Shown here: piece after piece, positions 1-10,650 of the stretch
How the letters are laid out: each line of letters begins with the position of its first letter
Position numbering within the stretch: position 1 is the first letter of the stretch
DNA from: Minisyncoccota bacterium
Lineage (GTDB): Bacteria > Patescibacteriota > Minisyncoccia > Phycocordibacterales > GCA-2401445
Assembly (NCBI GenBank): GCA_040879725.1
Contig: JBBDJV010000001.1
Location: forward strand, 1-45,439
Direction of reading: 5' to 3'
DNA length: 45,439 nt
Program-made: the position numbers and the translations under genes
The notes under the pieces: model-generated
The model's database searches: none
The model's input: the letters and a program-made list of their open reading frames with translations, nothing else
Told to the model about the DNA's origin: nothing

Positions 1-157
1 TCTCCTTACAGGAGCAGTACCCCAATTGGATTTTTTCTTCGCCTTTCAGGCTCGAAAAAATGCTCAATCGGCCTGCCTGCCAGTAGGCAGGGCTTCGATT
101 CCCGCACGGAAGCATCCCCATGCTTCCTCTCGGGCACAGTCTCACTACGTTCGCTTG
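1..157 (-). repeat. tRNA-Leu(TAA)-associated structured module (inverted, hairpin-split copy of tRNA 3' end plus 20-bp palindrome); runs off window
   Basis: TTCGATTCCCGC (94-105) + 23-nt hairpin insert (106-128) + CTCGGGCACA (129-138) reproduces the tRNA 3' end in inverted orientation; palindrome at 72-91. Confidence 0.8.
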
Positions 158-242
158 TGCCCGAGGCGGGAATCGAACCCGCACGCCTGTTTAGGGCCGG
201 GGATTTTAAGTCCCCTACGTCTACCTATTCCGTCACCCGGGC
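158..242 (-). tRNA. tRNA-Leu(TAA)
   Basis: Reverse complement GCCCGGGTGACGGAATAGGTAGACGTAGGGGACTTAAAATCCCC...GGTTCGATTCCCGCCTCGGGCA folds as a cloverleaf with long variable arm, anticodon TAA. Confidence 0.95.
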
Positions 243-375
243 ATATATTGCTAAAAACCTATATATATTAGCAGAAACGGTGGAGTAAACCAATAGTTTA
301 CAGTATGCATTCCCAAAAGAAATATATAAGGTATTATATATAGTAATAAACTTTACCAATAAAAAAGATGTAACT

Positions 376-1446
376 ATGTTTGAAAGACCAACAGATGAAA
401 GCATGTCTTTCGATGGAGAAGGAAATCGTGTTGATAATGAAGCTGTAACAGAAAAGGGTATGAGTTTTGATGGTGAGGGAAATCCGGTTGAAGGAGATAA
501 TTTTAATGCAACACCCGACACCTCAAGTACACTCCAATTTGAGCAAACTTCGCAAGAAGAAGCGCCTACTGGAGAAGAGCCTGTTTCTGAATCTCAAGAA
601 GAGCCAAGTGCGGAAGTGTATCCGGAAGCCCCGTATAAACTTCGTCCCCGTGAAGATGTTTATGCACCACAGACTGAGGAACAGCCTACTGACACTACTT
701 CAGTTTCTCAGGAAAGTGGAGGAGAGGAGCCTAATGAAAGTAATGATGTCGAGGGAGAACACGGCCCACCACCTACTGGTGGAGTAGAGAGTGATGCGTC
801 CCAAGAAAACAGCTCGGGGGAAGAAACAGGTGAACAGAAGCCAGAGCCGGCATATGCAGGTGAGAATGCGCAGAATAAAGAAGGAGCAAGGGAAGGTGAA
901 CCATCTCTTCGTGAAATTGGACGTGAGCGAATTACTAAAATTGGTAACTTTTTCAACAAATTCAAAGAATCTTTTCAGAGTAATCTTTTTGTAGCAGGAG
1001 GATCGATGTCACGGTTGCTCCAGAAAATACGAACAACCGGCGTTGCTGGAGCTGAGATGCTTATGGCGGGGCCTGAGGTTGCTGTCCGAGCGGTGGAGGC
1101 AGGGGTAGGGTCTGTAGCAAAAGGATATGAAAAGGGAACTGATGTATTGCGAGCGATAAAAAATAAAATACTTGAAGCAAAAAGTAATCTGCTTAGAAAA
1201 GGAAGGGATGGAATTGAAAAAGCTGTCGAGGCGGTTGTTGATCTCAAAAAAGCCGTGGTTGAAGCAGGAAATCACGCGCTGTATAACTTTGTCGATAAGA
1301 TAACTCGGCCGTTTATTGCATTTCAAAGTGAAAGATTAAAAAGCACAGCAAGATATATGGAAGAGCAGGTTAAGAAAGGGAAGTGTCCCGCTGAAGAGCT
1401 TGAAGGTGTACAAAAGAAACTTAGTCACTTAGCAGGATTAAAATAA
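376..1446 (+). CDS. hypothetical protein, acidic low-complexity N-half with duplicated MSFDGEGN motif, helical C-half
   Basis: 356-aa ORF with ATG start; no recognisable family. Confidence 0.75.
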   Translation: MFERPTDESMSFDGEGNRVDNEAVTEKGMSFDGEGNPVEGDNFNATPDTSSTLQFEQTSQEEAPTGEEPVSESQEEPSAEVYPEAPYKLRPREDVYAPQTEEQPTDTTSVSQESGGEEPNESNDVEGEHGPPPTGGVESDASQENSSGEETGEQKPEPAYAGENAQNKEGAREGEPSLREIGRERITKIGNFFNKFKESFQSNLFVAGGSMSRLLQKIRTTGVAGAEMLMAGPEVAVRAVEAGVGSVAKGYEKGTDVLRAIKNKILEAKSNLLRKGRDGIEKAVEAVVDLKKAVVEAGNHALYNFVDKITRPFIAFQSERLKSTARYMEEQVKKGKCPAEELEGVQKKLSHLAGLK

Positions 1447-1451
1447 GATAT

Positions 1452-1805
1452 ATGGATAAAGAAAGAGAAGAGTTAAAACAATATATTGAAAACGCTGATA
1501 TTCCTGATGAGCTAAAATCCCGAGAGCTGGCTATCGTGGCAAATACTGCGCTTTCAATACCAGAAGTAAAAATGGAGCTAGCGAAGCTTATCAGTGAGGA
1601 TGTTGATGCGACAACTGCTCGTTTGAATATGAATGCTATTCCTCAAAGCAATGAAGAACGTTTGGCGTATAAAGAGTTTGAACTTATATCTGAAGAAGCT
1701 GGGAAAAATCTGAAAAAGGAAATGGAATTAGTTCAAGAAAACCTTGAATTGATTGCTGATCTTTCAAATGAAATAGAAAAAGTTTCGGCGAGTTCTTCGG
1801 TGTAG
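1452..1805 (+). CDS. hypothetical acidic helical protein
   Basis: 117-aa ORF 5 nt after upstream stop, followed by terminator. Confidence 0.7.
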   Translation: MDKEREELKQYIENADIPDELKSRELAIVANTALSIPEVKMELAKLISEDVDATTARLNMNAIPQSNEERLAYKEFELISEEAGKNLKKEMELVQENLELIADLSNEIEKVSASSSV

Positions 1806-1814
1806 TAGAGAAAT

Positions 1815-1845
1815 AAAAAAGGGCGCGCTCTGCGCGCCCTTTTTT
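1815..1845. terminator. bidirectional intrinsic terminator
   Basis: AAAAAAGGGCGCGC-TCT-GCGCGCCCTTTTTT. Confidence 0.85.
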
Positions 1846-1878
1846 ATTTCTCGAAGAATCGAAACCATTCTGCTTTTT

Positions 1879-1902
1879 GATGCCACGGCGAGAATCGGTC
1901 AC
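1879..1902 (-). repeat. direct repeat of tRNA-Cys 3' end preceded by GTGACC
   Basis: 16-bp identity GCCACGGCGAGAATCG (1882-1897 vs 1940-1955); minus strand reads GTGACCGATTCTCGCCGTGGC. Confidence 0.8.
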
Positions 1903-1937
1903 AAATCACTAAGTCTGCATAGAATATTTAATCTTTG

Positions 1938-2009
1938 AGGCCACGGCGAGAATCGAACTCGCGCATAGGAGTTTTGCAGACTCCTGACTTACCACTTGTC
2001 TACGTGGCC
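1938..2009 (-). tRNA. tRNA-Cys(GCA)
   Basis: GGCCACGTAGACAAGTGGTAAGTCAGGAGTCTGCAAAACTCC...GTTCGATTCTCGCCGTGGCCT; anticodon GCA, U73 discriminator. Confidence 0.95.
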
Positions 2010-2021
2010 ATGAAAATCATT

Positions 2022-2345
2022 TTATGTGTTCCGTCCAAGCTCGTCAATTTTTTGTCGGTTTTTCTCTCCGTAATCAATAGTAATAGTGATATAAGGAATT
2101 CGCCCCAGACGAGTGTGTTCCTTTATGTACTGCGCCAAGTCTCCTCGCTTTCTGTGGGCAAAGTCGGCAACATTTTCTTCATATTGTTCTGGGAGTACGG
2201 AGAGTCCAATGTGTACATTTTTTCCTCCTTCAGAAACAGTAACTCGAGTAACCGTAATAAGTGCCGGACCAGCTGATTCACGCAAAAAGAATTCAGCGGC
2301 AGCGCGCATCAGAACATCTCGAGTCCTCTCATCTTTAATATTCAT
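2022..2345 (-). CDS. rbfA: ribosome-binding factor A
   Basis: LITVTRVTVS...RIPYITITIDYGE pattern; directly downstream of infB. Confidence 0.85.
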   Translation of the reverse strand: MNIKDERTRDVLMRAAAEFFLRESAGPALITVTRVTVSEGGKNVHIGLSVLPEQYEENVADFAHRKRGDLAQYIKEHTRLGRIPYITITIDYGEKNRQKIDELGRNT

Positions 2346-2348
2346 TGA

Positions 2349-3851
2349 TTACTTTGTTATTGTTGTGATTGCAACAAGTATATCACCGTTTGTAATTTCT
2401 ACTCGTGATTCAACCTGTAGCCCCAGCTCACCTTCCTGAATTGAAGAAACTTCAATCTTTTGTTGTTGTAGCCCAAGTATAACACCTGATCCTATTTCGT
2501 TTTCTCTTCGTATAACTTTTATCTTCTCACCTTTTTTCAAAATTCCATCAAGCATTTTACCTCCGATAACCTGCTTATCACGAACCTTACTGAAGCACAT
2601 GAGTACTTTCATTTTTCCGGTAATTTCCTCTATATGTTCAATCGGTTTTCGTTTTAGAACTTCTCCTTCGAGCCACTCGCGGAGGCGGTAAATAATATCA
2701 AAGGTTTGAATGGAAACCGCATCCCTGTCCGCGAGTTGTTGTGCTATGGAATCAATTCCAACATGAAAACCAACAATAGTCGTTCCTCCTTTTGAACCCG
2801 CGAGTTTTACGTCTGCTTCTCCAATAGAACCCACGCCACTTTGGATAATTTTAATCTTAACCTTATCGGTTGATATTTTCTGTATCTCATGTTCAATAGC
2901 TTCAATACTTCCTTGTACGTCAGCTTTAAGAATAAGCGGAAAAGTTACAACTCCTTCTTCTTGTGTTTCTATATCGAGAGGCGTTGCCTCTGTGTTGTTC
3001 TTTTTCTCTTCACGGGCTTTTTCAGCTTCTTTTTTCTTTTCAAAGACTGCAAACGTATCTCCGACAGATGGCGGTATGTCCCAGCCGGTAATTCTGATAG
3101 GACTAGAAAAGCTAGCCTCTTTGATAGATTTTCCAAGAAAGTTTTCCATAATACGTACCGGTGCGAGTGACAGACCAGCAAGGACAGCTTGTCCCTGTCG
3201 TATGGTTCCGTTTTTAACAACCAATGTTGCTGAGATTCCTTTTTGAGGGTCGCGGTTTGTTTCAATTACGACACCACTTGCGAGATCATTTGGGTTTCCG
3301 GTAAATCCTTCAAGGTCTGCAATAAGCAAGAGGGTAGAGAGAAGCTCGTCCATCCCTTTTCCAGTTACAGAAGAGATAGCTACGCTTGATATGGTTCCTC
3401 CGAGTCCTTCAACAAAAATATTATGTTCCATTAACTCACGACGAACCTTGTCAGGGTCGGCGTTTTGTTTGTCACACTTTGTTAGTGCGATCATGTAGGG
3501 AGTACCACTTTTCTGTATTGCTTCATACGCTTCAAGCGTTTGCGGTTTGACGCCTTCTTCAGCAGAAATAACCAGCACAACAATATCAGATGTCTGCGCT
3601 CCACGAGAACGCATAGCATGAAATGCTTCGTGTCCAGGCGTGTCGAGAAAAGTAATAGTTCGTTCTGTTCCTGATTCGTCTTTGTGGTGTACTTCGTACG
3701 CGGAAATATGTTGCGTGATTCCTCCCGCTTCACCCGCGACAACAGCTGATTTTCTTATGTAGTCGAGCAGGGAAGATTTACCATGGTCGATATGTCCCAT
3801 GATTGCAATAACCGGTGGTCGGGGTATGGAGTTGTTTGTTTGTTTTGTCAT
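2349..3851 (-). CDS. infB: translation initiation factor IF-2 (short form lacking long N-terminus)
   Basis: RPPVIAIMGHIDHGKSSLLD, GGITQHI, FLDTPGHEAF, ILKADVQGSIEA, FDIIY. Confidence 0.97.
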   Translation of the reverse strand: MTKQTNNSIPRPPVIAIMGHIDHGKSSLLDYIRKSAVVAGEAGGITQHISAYEVHHKDESGTERTITFLDTPGHEAFHAMRSRGAQTSDIVVLVISAEEGVKPQTLEAYEAIQKSGTPYMIALTKCDKQNADPDKVRRELMEHNIFVEGLGGTISSVAISSVTGKGMDELLSTLLLIADLEGFTGNPNDLASGVVIETNRDPQKGISATLVVKNGTIRQGQAVLAGLSLAPVRIMENFLGKSIKEASFSSPIRITGWDIPPSVGDTFAVFEKKKEAEKAREEKKNNTEATPLDIETQEEGVVTFPLILKADVQGSIEAIEHEIQKISTDKVKIKIIQSGVGSIGEADVKLAGSKGGTTIVGFHVGIDSIAQQLADRDAVSIQTFDIIYRLREWLEGEVLKRKPIEHIEEITGKMKVLMCFSKVRDKQVIGGKMLDGILKKGEKIKVIRRENEIGSGVILGLQQQKIEVSSIQEGELGLQVESRVEITNGDILVAITTITK

Positions 3852-3889
3852 ATGCGTTGTATCTGTTATTGAGCTTGGTCATGGTAGTA

Positions 3890-4366
3890 TTATTTTCCAA
3901 TCCCTAACTTTTCTTGAGCTTGTGTGAGTGCGTCTTTTTCTTCTGCGGAAAGCTCATGTACTGCTGAAAACTTTTTAATCGGTTTTGCAAAGACACTTAC
4001 ATGGTCTCTTCCGTAAAGGCTTGAAAGTACTACACCGTCACCGTTTTCATTTACAAATGCTGTCGCGAAGCTTTGGTTTCCTCCCGCACCACTTCCTTTG
4101 AAAGGATTAAAACGAATAGTTTCGTTTCCTTGGATGCATTTACGCAAACGAAGCTCAACTGTTTTTAAATACTCTTCTGCACCTTCCTTGAATTCAAGAT
4201 ATTCTTTAAGTTCGCTTCTGACATGGGCTAATGTATCGTCGAGGTTTTTTGAACCTCTTCCAAGGAGGAACTTTCTCAACTTCATTTCCATACGAATGTG
4301 GAATAAAGAGAGTATAAGGACTAATGCCAGGAGGATATATATGATAAGAGAGGAGTCAATAGTCAT
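3890..4366 (-). CDS. DUF4446-family membrane-anchored protein
   Basis: N-terminal TM helix; RFNPF...GGNQSFATA...NGDGVVLSSLYGRD...FAKPI...LSAEEKDAL. Confidence 0.75.
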   Translation of the reverse strand: MTIDSSLIIYILLALVLILSLFHIRMEMKLRKFLLGRGSKNLDDTLAHVRSELKEYLEFKEGAEEYLKTVELRLRKCIQGNETIRFNPFKGSGAGGNQSFATAFVNENGDGVVLSSLYGRDHVSVFAKPIKKFSAVHELSAEEKDALTQAQEKLGIGK

Positions 4367-4479
4367 ATAAAAGGCGCAAAATATGCGTAGTAGTGATTAT
4401 ACATGTTCGGGACGTGTTTGCAAAAGTGTGGTGTCGGTATTTGTTGCGGAAAAGGGAAAGGTGTGTTTCTATGGTGGGT

Positions 4480-5613
4480 ATGCAAAGACACTATTTTGAC
4501 TATGCTTCCACAACGCCGGTTTCGGATGCGGTGAAAGAAAAAATGAATACCGTGCCGTTTGGCAACCCCGGGAGCCTACACGAAGAGGGGCGTGTTGCAA
4601 GCGAGTTACTCCAGAGTGCAAGAAAGAAAGTTGCAAATGCACTAAAGGTCAAAGCTGGGGAGGTGGTGTTTACTCATGGAGGTACGGATGCGAACATGCG
4701 CGCATTACTTGGAGTTGTTAAGGCAAAAAAAGAAAAGGGTGTTTCGTATAGCGACATGGAGGTGGTGGTATCGCGGATAGAACATGCTTCAATTTTAAAT
4801 ACAGCAAAAGAGCTCCTGCGCCTCGGCGTCACAGTGCATTACGTTTCTAATAATGAAGAGGGAATAATAAGTCCATCAGAGCTTTGTTCGTATATTACAG
4901 AAAAAACAGTTCTCGTAAGTATCGGGTACGTAAATAATGAAATTGGAACTATTCAACCCGTGCGGGCAATCGCAACAAAAGCTAAAGAAAAAAATCCTCA
5001 CGTTCTCGTACACACGGACGCGTGTCAGTCTCCGCTGTATGTACCAGTCGCGCCACACGCACTTGGAGTTGATCTCCTTTCGCTTGATGCGCAAAAGATT
5101 TACGGACCAAAAGGAGTGGGGGTATTGTTCGTGAGACAAGATGTAGAACTTTCTCCGCTCGTAGATGGAACGCAAGAGCGAGGTATCGTACCTGGTACCG
5201 AAGCTCTTCCACTTATTGTTGGAATGAGTGAAGCTCTTTCGGACGCTGTTTTAAAACAAGAGGATGAAGCAAAACGAATTGCGGGTATACGAGACGAGCT
5301 CTTTGAATATATTGAAGATAAAATCCCTGGAGCGATACGTAATGGTAGTAAGGAGTCGAGAGTGGCGAATAATATAAACATATCGCTCCTTTCGGTTGAT
5401 ACTGAGTATTTAGTCATGCAACTCGATGCGCGAGGTTTTGCTATTTCAACCAAAAGCACCTGCGAACGAGATATGCCGTATTCTCACGTGGTAAAGGAAC
5501 TTGGTGGAGATGAAAAGAGAGCCTATCACACACTACGTATTTCACTTGGGCGTGACTCAGACTTGGAAAATGCCAAAAAACTTATAGATACTATTGTAGA
5601 GCTTACGACTTAG
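4480..5613 (+). CDS. iscS: cysteine desulfurase (IscS/NifS family)
   Basis: YFDYASTTP, FGNPGSLH, NNEIGTIQP, HTDACQ, AQKIYGPKGVG, STKSTC; start placed at ATG 4480. Confidence 0.9.
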   Translation: MQRHYFDYASTTPVSDAVKEKMNTVPFGNPGSLHEEGRVASELLQSARKKVANALKVKAGEVVFTHGGTDANMRALLGVVKAKKEKGVSYSDMEVVVSRIEHASILNTAKELLRLGVTVHYVSNNEEGIISPSELCSYITEKTVLVSIGYVNNEIGTIQPVRAIATKAKEKNPHVLVHTDACQSPLYVPVAPHALGVDLLSLDAQKIYGPKGVGVLFVRQDVELSPLVDGTQERGIVPGTEALPLIVGMSEALSDAVLKQEDEAKRIAGIRDELFEYIEDKIPGAIRNGSKESRVANNINISLLSVDTEYLVMQLDARGFAISTKSTCERDMPYSHVVKELGGDEKRAYHTLRISLGRDSDLENAKKLIDTIVELTT

Positions 5614-5651
5614 TCCTTGTACGAGAGCCTTCATTCCGTTATCATTCTAAT

Positions 5652-6485
5652 ATGGAAGAGCTCACCAAACATCAAGTTGTGTTACTTATGCTTCTCATAA
5701 GTTTCGTAACTTCAATTGCGACAGGCATTGTGACTGTTTCTTTAATGGACGAGCAGAACCCGGGAGTAACCCAGACAGTAAACCGTGTTGTCGAAAGAAC
5801 GATTGAGCGAGTTGTCGCAAGTGATGTTCCCGAAGAGTCGCAAGCTGCGCAAGTTGTAACAGAGGTACGGACGGTACTTTCAGAGCGAGAGTTTGTAAGT
5901 GATTTAGTGGAAAATATTAAGAAATCAGTTTTCGAGGTGTTTGACACAACAGAGGAGGAAGTAATAGGAAAAGCAGTTGTGGTAGATAGTAATAGGTTGG
6001 TGTTACCCCGATTTTCATTTGATCCTGAACACAGCTATGTTGTGATGCAGGGAGAAAATACACTAGCCGTTCGTTCCGCAACCACTACCGACAAGATAAC
6101 GATTTTAACCGTGGAAGGTAGTGTGCCGTACGTTCCTCTACGAGAGACCCTCAACCTTCCTTTGGGAACACGGCTCATAACGCTCGGAGGAAAAAATGGA
6201 GATGCAGTAGCACAGGGAATACTAACCAATACCTCTTACGCAGAAGATTCCGCCACGACAACGCCAGGTGAAGAACGTTCAGAAAAAAAGGTTATTTCAG
6301 TAAGCAGTACCGCAGGATATGATTCTTCTTACCTAGGCGCTCCACTTTTCACAGAGAAAGGGGAATTAATCGGACTCTATGAACAAAAAGGTGAATACGG
6401 CTATGCATATATACCTATTTCTCTAAAAAGTCTTATTCTCAGTACCACAGCAACATCGAGTGCTGACACTAAAAACCAAGAGTAG
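5652..6485 (+). CDS. membrane-anchored trypsin/HtrA-like fold protein (degenerate)
   Basis: N-terminal TM helix; C-terminal YLGAPLFTEKGELIG resembles NSGGPL..GEVIG but lacks the catalytic Ser. Confidence 0.6.
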   Translation: MEELTKHQVVLLMLLISFVTSIATGIVTVSLMDEQNPGVTQTVNRVVERTIERVVASDVPEESQAAQVVTEVRTVLSEREFVSDLVENIKKSVFEVFDTTEEEVIGKAVVVDSNRLVLPRFSFDPEHSYVVMQGENTLAVRSATTTDKITILTVEGSVPYVPLRETLNLPLGTRLITLGGKNGDAVAQGILTNTSYAEDSATTTPGEERSEKKVISVSSTAGYDSSYLGAPLFTEKGELIGLYEQKGEYGYAYIPISLKSLILSTTATSSADTKNQE

Positions 6486-6570
6486 AGCCATTTATTGACA
6501 TTTCTATATTTTGTCAGTATAATGATTACATCGTGTAAGTTAGTTTTTACACCAATATATAACAACATAT

Positions 6571-9264
6571 ATGCCACCATTTGATCACTTCACAGAAAAA
6601 TCTCAAGAAGCTATTAAGAAGGCCCATGAACTAGCTGTTGAGCGAGGACAAAACCACGTTAATCCCGTGCACCTTTTGACTGCGCTTATTCTGCAAGACG
6701 AAAGCATGGTAGCGTCTATTCTTGATAAGCTCGAAGTTGATACTGTGCTTCTTACCGACTCACTGCTTGAGTCAATCGAAGGTGTAGAAGGAGGATCAGT
6801 CGCGTCTCCGTCATACCAGATTTACCTTACTCCGGAGTTTGCCCAAACACTCGAACAAGCAGCGAAGCTTGCCAAGAAAATGGATGACCCGCGTGTATCA
6901 ACAGAACATCTTTTTCTCGCCGTCTTTGACGTACCGGGAACTGCTCGCGAGTTGCTCGCGCGTTTTCGAATTAAACGAGAAGAAGTGGAGCGTATTATAA
7001 TTGAGCTCCATGACAGCAATGTGACTGACGCAACACCATCAAAGAAGATGCGTTCTATTTCAAAATACACTCGAAGTCTGACACAGTTAGCAAAAGAAAA
7101 TAAACTCGATCCGGTTATTGGCCGAGATATGGAAATTACGCGTATTATTCAAATTCTTTCCCGGCGGACGAAAAATAATCCGATTCTAATCGGTGAGGCA
7201 GGTGTCGGAAAGACAGCGATTGCGGAAGGTCTCGCAAACAGAATTGCCAGTGGCGATGTGCCCGAGTCTTTGAAAGACAAAGATTTGGTGTCGCTTGACC
7301 TTGGGTTGCTTATTGCCGGTACAAAGTACCGAGGAGAGTTTGAAGAGCGTCTAAAGGCAATCATGAAGGAAATAGAGCGTTCTGACGGAAAGGTGATTCT
7401 CTTTATTGATGAGATTCATACTATTGTAGGCGCGGGAGCAGCAGAAGGAGCGATGGACGCATCAAACATGCTTAAACCGGCACTTTCTCGTGGAGAGCTT
7501 CGTGTGATAGGTGCAACCACTCTTAAGGAATACCAAAAACATATTGAAAAAGACCCTGCGCTGACACGGCGGTTCCAGCCGGTTCATGTAAACGAACCGT
7601 CACTAAATGATGCTGTTGCTATTTTGCGTGGGTTAAAAGAAAAGTATGAATTATTCCACGGAGTTCGAATTACGGATGACGCGATACTTGCGGCAGTACA
7701 TCTTTCAAGTAGATACATCACTGACAGATACCTTCCTGACAAGGCAGTTGACCTAATAGACGAAGCGGCTTCAGCACTTCGTATCTCTCTTGAGAACAAA
7801 CCGCCAGTACTGGAAGAAACACATCGAAAGATAATGCGTCTTGAGATTGAGAAAGAAGCACTCAAGAAAGAAGCAGCAAGTGAGACCGGTAAAAAAGCAA
7901 AAAGCAGAGTGCGCATAATTGATAAAGAAATTGCTGATCTGAGAGAAAAGACAAGCGAGATTGAGCTTAAGTGGAAGAATGAAAAAGAGGTTTTGATTTC
8001 AATCCGTACACTGAAAAAAGATTTAGAACAATTACGAATTGACGCTGATTCTGCTGAAGCAAGCGCTGACCTTACTCGTGCAGCTGAGATTCGATATGGA
8101 AAGATTCCAACACTTGAGAAAAATCTTGCGTCTGCTCAGACAAAACTCAAAAAGCTTCAGAGTTCTCGAAGAATTCTAAAAGAAGAGATTACAGAGTCTG
8201 ATATTGCAGACGTAGTATCACGCTGGAGCGGTGTGCCTGTATTTCGTATGCTTGAAGAAGAAGCAGAAAAGCTTGGTCGCATGGAAGAGGTTCTTAAAAA
8301 GCGAATCGTGGGACAGGATGATGCAATTCAGCGAGTAGCTGACGCGGTAAAGCGTTCACGAGCGGGCATTGCGGATCCGGAGCATCCTATTGGTTCATTT
8401 CTCTTCCTCGGTCCAACTGGTGTTGGTAAAACAGAACTCACTCGCGCGCTGGCTGAATTTATGTTTGACAGCGACAAAGCATTGGTACGAATTGATATGT
8501 CCGAGTACATGGAAAAGCATGCGGTTTCAAAAATGATTGGTTCTCCTCCGGGGTATGTAGGACACGAGGAAGGAGGGTCTTTGACTGAGCTGGTGCGACA
8601 TCGTCCATACTCTGTTCTTCTCTTTGACGAAATTGAAAAAGCACATCCTGAGGTGTTTAACATTCTTTTGCAGGTTCTCGATAATGGACGTCTTACAGAT
8701 GCGAAAGGCCGTGTAGCAAACTTCAAAAATACTATCATTATTTTGACATCAAATATTGGTGCTCAACATATTGATCAAATGGAGAAACTCGGATTTTCTA
8801 CTGGAAAGAGTGATGAAGAAAATGACCGTGATAAGTATGAGCTCGCAAAAGGGAAGGTGATGAAGTCTTTGAAACAGTTTTTCCGTCCGGAGTTCTTGAA
8901 TCGTCTTGATGAAATTGTTCTCTTTGACACACTGCCTCGTGAAGCGATAAAGAAGATTGTTCAAATACAGGTTGATATTGTTATAAAACGGCTTGCGGAA
9001 AAAGAGATTACTCTCGTCATTGAAGACAGTGTACTTGAATACCTCGCAAAGGAGGGGTACAACCCGCATTACGGAGCAAGACCGCTAAAGCGATTGATTC
9101 AAAGTAAAATCCTTACAAAGGTAGCGTCACTTATGATTTCCAAAGGGGTAACTCAGGGTGGACGTATTACTGTGGGGTATAAAAACAGTGAATTTGTTTT
9201 TGACGTGAAAGAAAAGAAGGTTCGAAAAAGTCAGAAGCAAATGGAGGAAGCCGGAGTTAACTAA
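6571..9264 (+). CDS. clpB: ATP-dependent chaperone ClpB
   Basis: Two Walker A motifs ([16 protein letters not shown]), long coiled-coil middle domain with [15 protein letters not shown]. Confidence 0.95.
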   Translation: MPPFDHFTEKSQEAIKKAHELAVERGQNHVNPVHLLTALILQDESMVASILDKLEVDTVLLTDSLLESIEGVEGGSVASPSYQIYLTPEFAQTLEQAAKLAKKMDDPRVSTEHLFLAVFDVPGTARELLARFRIKREEVERIIIELHDSNVTDATPSKKMRSISKYTRSLTQLAKENKLDPVIGRDMEITRIIQILSRRTKNNPILIGEAGVGKTAIAEGLANRIASGDVPESLKDKDLVSLDLGLLIAGTKYRGEFEERLKAIMKEIERSDGKVILFIDEIHTIVGAGAAEGAMDASNMLKPALSRGELRVIGATTLKEYQKHIEKDPALTRRFQPVHVNEPSLNDAVAILRGLKEKYELFHGVRITDDAILAAVHLSSRYITDRYLPDKAVDLIDEAASALRISLENKPPVLEETHRKIMRLEIEKEALKKEAASETGKKAKSRVRIIDKEIADLREKTSEIELKWKNEKEVLISIRTLKKDLEQLRIDADSAEASADLTRAAEIRYGKIPTLEKNLASAQTKLKKLQSSRRILKEEITESDIADVVSRWSGVPVFRMLEEEAEKLGRMEEVLKKRIVGQDDAIQRVADAVKRSRAGIADPEHPIGSFLFLGPTGVGKTELTRALAEFMFDSDKALVRIDMSEYMEKHAVSKMIGSPPGYVGHEEGGSLTELVRHRPYSVLLFDEIEKAHPEVFNILLQVLDNGRLTDAKGRVANFKNTIIILTSNIGAQHIDQMEKLGFSTGKSDEENDRDKYELAKGKVMKSLKQFFRPEFLNRLDEIVLFDTLPREAIKKIVQIQVDIVIKRLAEKEITLVIEDSVLEYLAKEGYNPHYGARPLKRLIQSKILTKVASLMISKGVTQGGRITVGYKNSEFVFDVKEKKVRKSQKQMEEAGVN

Positions 9265-9318
9265 AGAGACTCCGCGTGGTTGAATGAGTGAGAGCGGTGT
9301 GGTACACTGCTCTCTGAC

Positions 9319-9402
9319 GCGTCGGTGGCGGAGTGGTCAATCGCAACAGACTGTAAATCTGTCGCCCTTCGGGCTACGTAGGTTCAAATCCTACCCGGCG
9401 CA
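9319..9402 (+). tRNA. tRNA-Tyr(GTA)
   Basis: GCGTCGGTGGCGGAGTGGTCAATCGCAACAGACTGTAAATCTGT...GGTTCAAATCCTACCCGGCGCA. Confidence 0.95.
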
Positions 9403-9860
9403 CATAAATACCCCGCAAGGGGTTTTTATATGCGCCGGGAGCAAGGCAATTTGAATTGCCTTGCGTTAGGATTTGAAAGCCGGAGCGTTGCACGAGTTTG
9501 CCTGAAAGGCAAGGCGAGTGCCGCGAGGCGGGGTAGCCTGCCTGCCGGTAGGCAGGCGCAAAATTTTCGTCAGAAAATTTATGTGTGACCAAATCCTACC
9601 TACCCGGCGCACATAACAAAAAACCAACTCTTCACGAGTTGTTTTTTGTTATGCTTGTGTGGAGGATTTGAACAGGAAGGGGCCTGCCTACCGGCAGGCA
9701 GGTCGGGAAACCTGTGGTTTCCCGTGGAGTGAGAATGCGTGTTACACATTCGCAAGGCCGGAGGCAGACGTGCCGAGGCGGGGTCGCGGAATTTTTCAGC
9801 AGAGAAAAATATCCGTGACAGGCAGTGAGTGTTTTTACCGAAAGACAGAGCCCTCCAAGC
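9403..9860 (+). repeat. two tandem tRNA-Tyr-associated structured modules
   Basis: Antisense tRNA copy 9431-9477 split by a hairpin, scaffold, GTGACC + sense copy (~9585-9613), second antisense T-arm GGATTTGAAC, palindromes at 9537-9556 and 9683-9702. Confidence 0.8.
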
Positions 9861-9972
9861 GAAGTCCAGTCTCGTTGAGATAACAGTAGGATAAATCTTA
9901 TCAGATATTTACTTATAGAATATTGATTAATTCGCAAGGAAGAGTATATTTAGGCGAGAAAGGAATATTTTT

Positions 9973-10527
9973 ATGAAAGACTCTCTTCCAGTGTATATTG
10001 CAAAAAAGTATAAAGGTCAGGCATCTGTGGAATATGGTAATAATGGTAATGACGGTTACTTATTCCCAGTTAAAACCGTTCCAACAAGAGAACAGATCTT
10101 AGTGTCACTGTATCCACCTATTAGACCGCGCGTTCTTGATATTATTGAGAAGGAAGAAAAGGAGTTCTGTCCTACTCAATTTGTCCTCCTGTCTTGGCGT
10201 AGCATTCACAGGTTTAGTTGGGTGGAAAATGAGATCACTCGCGCAGGACTTGCGAAACCGAGTCTCTTACAAGTCATCAGTTTTTGGTTGACGTACCCAG
10301 GTCATACCGGTCAAATTATATTCATGCATACGCCGGTAATTCATGGTTATCCCAATATGGATGGAAGACCAAAGATTGGTGCAGGTGACCCTTGTAGCCT
10401 TTGCTGTAATTTTGCTTTGCGTCCTGGTGGTGAAGGAACAAAAAATCGGTATATGTTTTTTGTACAATCAGCGCAAAGTACAGGACATGATTCAACTTTC
10501 GCGTATGGTGCAGTCACTTCACTTTGA
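9973..10527 (+). CDS. hypothetical protein
   Basis: 184-aa ORF with upstream AAGGA, followed by hairpin terminator ~10547-10576. Confidence 0.6.
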   Translation: MKDSLPVYIAKKYKGQASVEYGNNGNDGYLFPVKTVPTREQILVSLYPPIRPRVLDIIEKEEKEFCPTQFVLLSWRSIHRFSWVENEITRAGLAKPSLLQVISFWLTYPGHTGQIIFMHTPVIHGYPNMDGRPKIGAGDPCSLCCNFALRPGGEGTKNRYMFFVQSAQSTGHDSTFAYGAVTSL

Positions 10528-10650
10528 TTGAATGCCTAAGGCATTCAAAACCACCTTTTGTTTTGGGTGGTTTTTTGATGGGTCTATACTTTGTGCTGTC
10601 AGTAGTTCCTTCTATTCATTCTTTCTCTGATTTGCTACACTGTTTCTACT

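Noticed and set aside
26-271. ORFs over tRNA-flank modules (also 9374-9937, 12965-13487, 17322-17804, 17903-18115, 32888-33265)
   Set aside because: They translate tRNA and palindromic sequence (CLPVGR/PAYRQAG) and overlap tRNAs; considered spurious.
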